A stretch of DNA of 59,243 nucleotides, counting the filler, from Basidiobolus ranarum (Eukaryota): the NCBI GenBank assembly GCA_040143965.1. It is 10 parts of 10 records of this genome, joined end to end, with 100 filler letters (N's around TTAATTAATTAA, not from the genome) between each part and the next. Parts side by side here need not be neighbours in the genome. Positions count along the whole stretch, not along the records: positions 47,510 to 53,328 come from JASJQH010008368.1; positions 53,429 to 59,243 come from JASJQH010008369.1; 8 more parts are not named here. The stretch is one strand, 5' to 3'. Each line of letters begins with the position of its first letter. The first letter of the stretch is position 1. The notes under the pieces are model-generated. The model did no database searches. It was not told where the DNA came from and saw only the letters and a list, made by a program, of their open reading frames with translations. The translations under genes were made by a program, and so were the position numbers. This document shows, one piece after another, positions 50,503 to 59,243 of this stretch.

Positions 50503-52054
50503 TTAACTCTTCCATTCTTTGTACGGGAATCCACTAGGAATTAATTGTGGTTGATTTAAAATGATCCCAGCGCAAAATTCAAGTGCATCCACAAGTCTGG
50601 GCCCGGGACGGTTAAACATCTACAACTCAAGAAGTTAGTTTCTTCTTTATAGATGATACTCTATACATTCACTTACATGAGATCCATTGACCAAATAAAT
50701 CTTCTTGGTGTTTTTAGTGGCGTCTTTCCACCATTGCTTTTCGGCCAGTAGGTTGGTCTGCTTTTCAGTTTCTGCCAAATCCAATCCACATGGTGCAATA
50801 ATAATTATATCGGGCTGAAGCTCTACCACCGATTCAGGTGTAACCGGTTTGCCATATTTTGCTAACTTCTCTCCTCTTTCGTTGGTTTTAATGCAAGGAT
50901 TGAGCGGATGTAATCCACCGGCTGTTGCATCAAAGGAGGTTCATTTAATTTTAATGTTCACAGGGATATATGGACTTGCATATAACTCACCTAATTCAAT
51001 GATTTGCGGAGTCCTACAAGAGAATAGTCAATATCGGAATGCAATTGCCGTATAAAAGTGTAGGAAATAAGTTACCAGTGACCAGCAGCATAAATCTAAA
51101 TCAATACATAAACCACATCAACACAACATACTTGGGTAAAGAGCATGACATAATGTGAATATTTACAGGTTCAGGCCATTCCATCATCAAACATTTAGGC
51201 TTGACAAAGTCCCCCATGTCTTGTACTACGTTTTCGATTTTTTGAATTCGATCCTTCAATTGTTGCTGAAATATTTTGGACTCTTCTTCTAATCCCACTG
51301 CTTTACCTACACTGGTGATGTTTTCAAGTACATCCCCCAGACTATTGGGATTTAAATCGACAATTTGTGGAGCAGGTGACATCGACGCTGCTACTCTTTC
51401 TACCGAGATCAAATCAATTGCGCACACCTTGCAAAGTGACTAAAGGAAATAATTCTATAAGACAGCAGTACAATCAACAATCGAAGAATTTTATCATTTG
51501 ACCTGAGTTAGGATGACTTCGGGTTTAAGTTGCTTGATCAAATCAACGTCCAAAGTGTACAAACTTTGACCTGAGGCTAGAGTCTCAGACACTTGTCGAT
51601 CAACATCAGCAGCACTCTAAGTGGAACAATATATTTACACATGCTCTAATTCTCTCGTTCAGTAGGAAACACAACCCGCAAGACTTACCGTAAAAGTGGT
51701 GGTCTGTCCAGTCAAGAAAGGTCTATCTAGAATTGAACTGTGTTGAAGAAGGATGGAGTCAGCATCCAGCAGGATAAAAAGGTCAACATTATAACTAACG
51801 CTGGGTAATCATCTTTTGGAGAAGAAACTCTTGATTATTTTATTGTTTGAAAATATATTGAAACAAGTTGTATAAAGTACTTGCCTTCGTGGCTTCTTCC
51901 AACCAAAAGATCAGCTCCACCTAAATGAAAGATTTGTGAAACAATCCAACTTATGTGGTGAAAATCCAACTTTGACAACTATACCTGGTATGCAACCAAT
52001 AATTTCGGTGGCCGAAGGCAACAGGGAAATAACTCTAGGTTTACGTACTGTCAT
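50503..52054 (-). CDS. BtuF/TroA-like (cobalamin/iron-complex) substrate-binding-protein homologue; 10 exons (52054-51985, 51920-51885, 51812-51800, 51737-51689, 51616-51503, 51439-51167, 51095-51076, 51013-50991, 50921-50677, 50619-50503)
   Basis: RVISLLPSATEI, LVGRSHEDDYP, VDRQV..SLYTLD, KPEVILTQSLCKVCAI, LNPNSLGDVLENI, EWPEPIYAAGHWTPQIIELAGG, PDIIIIAPCGLDL, FNRPGPRLVDALE. Confidence 0.9.
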
Positions 52055-53144
52055 GAGAATTTTCAAGGGGATAGGATACAAGGAGTAATGGCTTAGAGCA
52101 CTAGTATTAATATAATGCGTACCAAAAAATTTCACCAAATTTTGGCCCTAGAGCAGTTGGGTACTTGATTGTAAAATCATGCTGAAATTCCACCGATACC
52201 CATTCCGAAAGTGAAAAAAGATCTTTCCAAGATAAGTGTGGCAAGACCTAGCCTAATTGTGGCTAGCTCCACTTCACAAGCTAAGCAGTAGAACAGCGTA
52301 TCCATCCTCACGAAGTCTACAGGAGCTGAAACCCTTTTGTCCATTGCAAGTAAATACTTTATCCAGCAGCATGCTATTGATGTGGTCTCCCACAGCATCG
52401 TCTGGTATCAAATGATAATTAAGCTGGAGATGTTTAAGCTTGTACTCGTTGATATGCTGGTTACCATAAACAGTACGTTGCATTGCTACAGCGATTATCC
52501 AAATCTAAATCAAGAACACATCTTGAGACACCCATTCGGATGGCGCACAATCTGATTTTTAACTGGGAAGTAAATTTCCTCCAAACCCGCAACTGTTACA
52601 CTCTATCAATGGTTCTAGATTCAGATACGAACGAAAATTATCGTGATTTCTATATAGGATTACCATCAGCAACCCAAGTAATCTCAGTTGGCGACCACCA
52701 GCATCTCCCATACTGCGTCTGTTGTTGCATGATGACCAAGTCTCGAGCACGTGAAGGTTACCATGATCTGAGTAAGTTTCGCCTCCTTCCACCTAACCTA
52801 GAGTTTTTAAACATGTCTGGTGTTTTTAACTAAGCTTAGTGATGGGGGAATCACTGGTCATCAAATACAGATTTTAAGCGTAGGCAATGATTGGTGCTCA
52901 GTTGGGTCCTCAACCAATTAGTGATCACCAAATGGTAACGCAACCAGTTGGTGCTTATCCGTTTATAGTCAGCTACAAGACATGTGAGCCGATTAGGAAA
53001 TCCATGTAATAGTACACAGGACATTGCGTGAGGAAGAGATCGCTGTAGTTGATGGAATGTCAGGATTATCTGAGCAAAGATGAATATATTAGACTTGAGG
53101 TAGATCACCTCGACTCGTCACAACAGTTCTCTGCGATATCAATC

Positions 53145-53328
53145 ATGTCCAACTTGACTACTACCAACGGAAATCCAGTCGAAAACAACCAGACCTCCAT
53201 CACCGCTGGTCCTAATGGTCCTATCCTTCTCCAGGACTTCCACCTTATCGACAAACTCGCTCACTTTGATCGTGCACGTATCCCCGAGAGAGTTGTCCAC
53301 GCCAAGGGAGCTGGCGCTCACGGTTATT
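53145..53328 (+). CDS. cat: Catalase paralogue 3, 5' end only
   Basis: [61 protein letters not shown]; runs off the contig. Confidence 0.92.
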
Positions 53329-53428
53329 NNNNNNNNNNNNNNNNNNNNNNNNNNNNNNNNNNNNNNNNNNNNTTAATTAATTAANNNNNNNNNNNNNNNN
53401 NNNNNNNNNNNNNNNNNNNNNNNNNNNN
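53329..53428. other. Artificial contig spacer
   Basis: N44-TTAATTAATTAA-N44. Confidence 0.99.
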
Positions 53429-54800
53429 ATGTACTTGAGCTGTGCAGGCCCAATTTTGGGACAAATTTTACATAGTAATCATGGCTGTATCAGATCTGAT
53501 TTGATCTCCTGGTTTGGGATAATGATACTATAATCTCTGGCATTGTATTGGGCACTTTAGTAGCCTGAATTTTGGTAGAAGGTTTCACAGGAATGCTGTT
53601 TTCTTCATTGTTTTGGTTTGAATAAATTTGAATGATTGGATCAGGAGAAAATTGAATATCATCATTATATATGGTAATTTTAGGTGAAAATCTTTCATTT
53701 TCATCAAACAAAACATCTCTCAACTTGACAAACTTTGAAATTTTGTTATCATAGAGTCTGTAGACCTTCATTTGAGTAAAATCACCCAGAAATAAGCATT
53801 TCTTACTTTTTGGATCAAACTTTGACTAATTTTTGGTCAAGATTTTGCCATAAACACTACATCCAATAAATTGCAAATGTTTGATATCAGGCTTAACTCC
53901 AAACCAAGCATGATATGTTGTAAGGTTAGACAGACTTCTAGTAAAAGTGCTATTCTACAGATATATAGCCATGGCAACAGATTCTGCTCAAGAGTTTGGA
54001 GATAAATTTTGTATATTTATCATAGATCTTACAACTTCTATTATAGTCCTTTTAGCTGTTTCAACAACTCTATTTTGTCAAGATGAATAGAGAGAAGTAG
54101 TCTCTTTCTTAGCTTTATGAATTTAGCAAAAGTGAAGAAAGAGTGTTGAAATATATTCTCCACTATTATTAGTATGTATTTTCTTAATTCTAGTTCCAGT
54201 TTCAGTCTTCACAAGAGTTTTAAGATCTCTAAGGATAGAAATCATTTATATATACAACTCTCACAGATTTCTATTTTGGTTGGGAGAGTTTGAATTCCAG
54301 AAATTAGGTAATTTTTGATCATTTTGCCTAAATAATGAAATCCAATGTGGCCAAATCTTTTATGCCATAATTGAAAAGTTTCTTGATTGGAATGACTTAT
54401 ATTTACATATAAATCTCCTGGAATATATTTAAGTTTGTATAAGTTCTGATCCTTTTCTCTCAAAGCTAAATAATTCCCATTTTGATCAGTGATGTCATCC
54501 TAACTTATCAAAACTGAATATTAGCCCTTCTGAGATATCCTTGAATACAAAATATTAAACTCTTGGCCATATCTGGAACCTGTAGTATATCCTTAACAAT
54601 ATAGAGTTTCTCTTCAGAAGCACCAGTTGAAGTGACTTGAACTGTTCCCTTTCCAATGGCATCCAATGCATGGTCATCTCCCATGGAAACCTTTCTAATT
54701 GAGATTTCTTCATAATCTGCAAACCAATGTTCTTAATTTGTAAATCCAACCTCAATTTAAAACATGGCTTTTGGTATTTCTGTTATTGACTTGTGAGAAG
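53429..54800 (-). mobile_element. Decayed Ty1/copia pol remnant (protease, GAG-pre-integrase, integrase C-terminus)
   Basis: LWHKRFGHIG..CESCIYK (HHCC), WFGVKPDIKHL, KFDPK..KCLFLG, YRLYD..RDVLFDE; many stops and no CpG seen. Confidence 0.9.
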
Positions 54801-57800
54801 CAAATGCTGATCTTGATATATATCACAGACTTTGGCAATCTCAATAGAATGGGAGAAATAAGAAGAATGTTGGCATAGCTTATTGCTATATTGTGATACT
54901 TAGGAACTTGACAATCACCAGATATAAGCAGCAAAAGCTTCTCTCTTGATCCAAAAGAGATCTATTGCATTGTCAAAAAATTCTGAGGAGTTGGGAATTT
55001 GATTTATTCTGTGTCACAGATAAATACCTTATCAATATCAACTCATCCAAGATTTCCAAGAGAGTTCGACTATTTAACAAAAATAATATCAAATTCAAAA
55101 CTCGGATCAATCAGTTTCCATTGATTGGACTCAATCGTATTGAATCAGTATCAGAAAACCTTCAATAGTTAGAATCCGTCTCAAATTCAATATCTGAGCA
55201 CACTTCTAAGTATCTGCCGATGTTTACTTTCTGATATTTGAATATTCTTACAAATGGTGTTGCGTCAGGTGTAGCGATTGATGAGATGTTACATATAGCT
55301 AAAGACCATCATAGCATATACATATCCTATAGTAAAAGGAACACCTGTGATGTAATCAGTGGTATGTACATATGCTGCATCGATTGAATTGAAGCCATAA
55401 AGCTATTACGGAAACGAAAGACCAACTATAGGATTGGTCTTGCAGGGTTCTAAGAAACCAGGAGAGAATCATTGTGTGCTTGGTCTAGCCGAAGAATTAC
55501 ATCCATTTTCAACATCAAGAGCCATGGAATATTCCGTATTCAAGCATTAGATAGGTTAGGCATGATGCATAAGTACTCGGAAGGGTATTTCTAATATTTA
55601 ATTGTTAGTATATTATGAAGGCTTGTAGAGATGTGGTGGAGACATGGGGGCTTGCAAGTTGGTTGTTCCGAATCAAGATATTAAGACCAATGAACAAAAC
55701 CAAACTAAAAACAAACATGAAGTCATATTATTTTGAAGAGTAAAATGAAATATATTGAGGTCAATCTGGGTGACTTGAAATTTCAAGTTCAACTTATATA
55801 TGTTACAGCTTTGAGCTAAGTATTGCTTTACCTTCATATATCTGGCTATTTCATATGATCCAAGTGGATATTTATTAGTGGAGTTAGCCAACATAATAAA
55901 CAATAACGGAGGTTTGGAAATAGCATGATTCGAATACCCGTAATTATTGCCTCCGTAGAACCGCATCTTAAAATCAAATCTACTTCTCAATCATACTCGA
56001 ACTTGATTGAGCAAATATATTATGACGTAGAGCTACTTAAATATGTCATCATATATCTAAATATTACCCACATCACATGCAAACTCTTAATATTGTATCA
56101 TTCAAATATGACCGAGTTGACAATCAGAGAATATTTCGCATATATGTCAGATGCCAGAGTGGACCGGGGTAGTTGGAAGTTATTTGAATTAACTCTAGGA
56201 TAGTCATACAGATATTTTGCGCGCAATCTTCTCATCTCTTTCGAACTTTCCTGGACAAGTGGAAAGATTTTATTTCTTGACCATGCACGTAAATTTTTGA
56301 ACCACTATATTATCTCTACTCAAAAATTTGTCCACAGATTCAAATTCACCAAATTGAACATTATTTTGTGTCATGAATCGACTCAAGATGAGCAAGATTT
56401 TCTAAGTGCTCTGACAGCAACATTATACTATAACGCCTACTTGAATTATTGTTTACATGTTACAATGTATCTTGAGTGATGTGAATGTTTCCTTATCCAA
56501 TGTTCACCCGATGCATGAATTTCCCTATCCATCATTCCCCTATAGATGCTTGTTGTATTACGTCAGGGGCAGGTTGGGCATTCTACAGAGAAGTGGACTT
56601 GCAAGTTATACCCATGTCATTCTACTTTGATGCTTGAGTCTGCTAGATAAAAAGGGTTTAAAACATTAGTTATGGTTATCATGTTCGAGGGTGTTACATA
56701 CCAGTTAAAGCCTGTATGAGGAAATGTTGGGGAGGAGGGGGAGCATTAAGACGTTTTTACACTTTTGGACTGGAGTATAGGACAAAGATACTATTCCATT
56801 CTAATGAGCAATTCTGAAGTTATACATGAATAAAAGAGACTGAATCTGCCATTTCCGTAACACAAATCTTGGATTATTCAGATCCTGGGCAATGTGAGGG
56901 AGTACATAGATTGATTGCCTCAATATGACTGTAGACGTAATTGTTGGGAAGTTTTGAGAGTAGGACTGGAAAATAGGACGGTACCTCAATTGCTACACCT
57001 AAACTGGAAAAATAACTCATTTTCTGCTTAGGCATTCTGTGGTGAAATTGCTCAAATGCGAAACCCTAATTATCAGTCTTTATGCACATGAGAAACAGGT
57101 GCAGTGGCTTAGATATACCAAAGGATGAGCACTCTAAGAATAGTGTGGGTAATTCACATTTCATTGCATGATGAACTCTTGCTGTTACACTGGAAGATGA
57201 TAGAGGCTACTGGTAACTGTGAGATACTTGGGAATTCAGGATATTGAGATGGTAACATGCATAACAAGTCCAAAATTGCAGTCCCACAGGCTTTGGCAAT
57301 GACTGAAATTGTATGCGATATCATCAAGTTCTCCTCATAGTGTTTGTTACCACTTTACCCCCTTCGAGATAAGCAATAAGATTAAGTTATGAGGAGTTGA
57401 AGCTCAGCTACCGATCATGCAGCTTATTGTATCAAAAGATCGCTTGCTAGTAAGACCTATTCATTAATGTGAAAAATCACCTAGATAGTTATATATAGGC
57501 GAGTCATTATTTGATATTCGTATTCATCCATACAATGGAGGCACTATCAGTATGCTTACAATTTAAGGAGCCTTGTATAGGTGTGGTCAGCATGCTCTGG
57601 CTAAGCATTCTGAAACCATGAAAGACAAAAAGGTACTTTTCAGGAGCATTTCTTGTGAAATCCAATTACCTATCACAGGCAAATCCGGTGCGATATCCCC
57701 AGTAGTCCGATTTCGGTATCAGAAATCGTCGAGTGCTGAGAAAGCGTTTGGCTCATGATTACGCTTCAAAGCCTAAAAAAACAAGGCTCACCATCCACGT

Positions 57801-59243
57801 GATCTGATCGCTTGCTGCATTGCGTAGCAAGGGCAAGCATGGGTTATTGTCAGGTCACACTGGATCATTACAACCCGGTTTATCTCAGTTTCCCCAATCC
57901 AAACAAGTATGTGAATCACGTTTGAGATTCATCAAATATAAAACTTTTTCGATGCGGAGCTATACGTATTTGCAACTAATTGCTTGCTACGGCTAACACA
58001 TACTTTAGAGCCTTGGTGTCCAGCACTTAATTACCAATAGCCGTAGCTCGAGCCGCAATGCTAAGCATTAATAATACACATACATGCTGCTGGCTGCTAT
58101 TAATATGAACAAGCCTGCCTAGCCAGACACCGGATCACGTTACTCTTACTAATTTCAAGGTGGAATCCGGAGACTAGTTTCCTCAACATCGATTGCAGTT
58201 GGCCACCAGCTCTAGTCTGAACATCGATCCCTAACACTGCCGAGGATACAATACGTTATGCACTGCCAACACCCAATTGGGCTATGTATGCATTACTTCC
58301 TGAAAGACTTTCGGGATTGCTACGTAAGCTTTGACTATAGAACACTGGCTTCGTAGATCTGGTATGACAGCCAAAGTGATGATGGCATGGATCCATGATC
58401 CTGAAATTGGAATTTGGCAGATTGCTTATCTTGGCACGAATTATGATGCAAGAGGTGAAAACTCAGTCGACGGGCAGTCAGTCTAGTCAACAAACCATGT
58501 CCTTCAAACAATGCTGAGAAATAGACTCAGCTGCGCAGATGCATCACCCCCAAGGCGGTGCCATGTGAAAGAAAGTGGTAGCTTCCTACACCTGCTCGGG
58601 TAGTTTGGATTCAGATCTGTCAGCAAATCGATGAGGTATATCTACAATCACCAACCACGTCAAATCGATCAGTTTATGACGAGTGATCCCGCATTGCCTA
58701 ATACCCATTAGACCGAGTAGTCATCGCATAGCTAATCATATCCGTAGAAACCAATAAGACCCCGAAAATATCCTCCAATCACCAGGCTTGGCATTCTGAA
58801 GCCAGGGATCTCTGATAATAGGCTACAGCTCAGCTCAGCTTAGACCTTCGCAAAGCTCCGCTTCCAGCTAGCATCAGCGAGCCGTCGTAATGTCTACGCG
58901 CTGACATCCATTAGCCCATAATCACATCATTGGAATCCATATTTTGAAGCCCACCAAAGTCGCAGGCAGACGCTGAACGATAACTTGACTTGCTTGCATT
59001 GATTGCGCCTGGTGTCGGTTTAATGGTAAGCGGTGAGCGCTTAGTCGGTTCCCTCCATCGTTTCGTGTGCTGCTTATTTTTAATCATGTCGGTGGCAGAT
59101 GACATGGCCGCAGCTCACGATCTACTTAACGTATGTATTCTCAACTGCATATCAACAATCATCATGAATAATATTTGCTGAGAAGCTCGTACCATGCACC
59201 CAGCATCCTATCCCATTGGCCAACACACCTTGGATCAATAATC

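Noticed and set aside
5852..53428. Regularly spaced TTAATTAATTAA flanked by N runs, about every 5.9 kb
   Set aside because: Artificial concatenation spacers; contig lengths decrease monotonically. Gene neighbourhoods across spacers are meaningless and this is not a biological array.
55100..59243. Short ORFs in the last contig
   Set aside because: No motif, codon bias or splice pattern supporting a gene.
1..59243. CRISPR arrays, rRNA, tRNA, prokaryotic operons or defence systems
   Set aside because: None seen; the sequence is intron-containing eukaryotic DNA with no repeat-spacer periodicity.

Overview
This is not one locus. Ten unrelated, size-sorted contigs (5851 down to 5815 bp) are joined by nine artificial 100-nt spacers (N44-TTAATTAATTAA-N44). 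The DNA is eukaryotic: AT-rich, with short GT-AG introns and microexons, and a gene set that fits an early-diverging fungus (Zoopagomycota/Mucoromycota-like; an inference). Genes recognised by hand-splicing: a trihelix Myb/SANT protein, a probable Sororin (Sor1) homologue, an expansin/loosenin-like DPBB protein, a TPT-family nucleotide-sugar transporter, a partial Rim15/Greatwall-like kinase, a partial Kin4-like kinase, an intronless bacterial-type GNAT acetyltransferase, a Rax1-like RGS-TM protein, a small two-repeat orphan, a FAS1 protein, a partial Cys-rich secreted protein, and three catalase genes surrounding a 10-exon gene for a BtuF/TroA-like 'periplasmic' binding protein with no signal peptide. 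Decayed Ty1/copia and DDE_Tnp_4 remnants, a ~345-bp TG..CA repeat family, a fold-back element and long inverted repeats lie mostly in strongly CpG-depleted DNA. The best leads are the catalase/BtuF-like cluster (with a shared promoter motif), the Sororin-like gene and the candidate HGT GNAT. All family calls come from motif recognition; no database searches were run.
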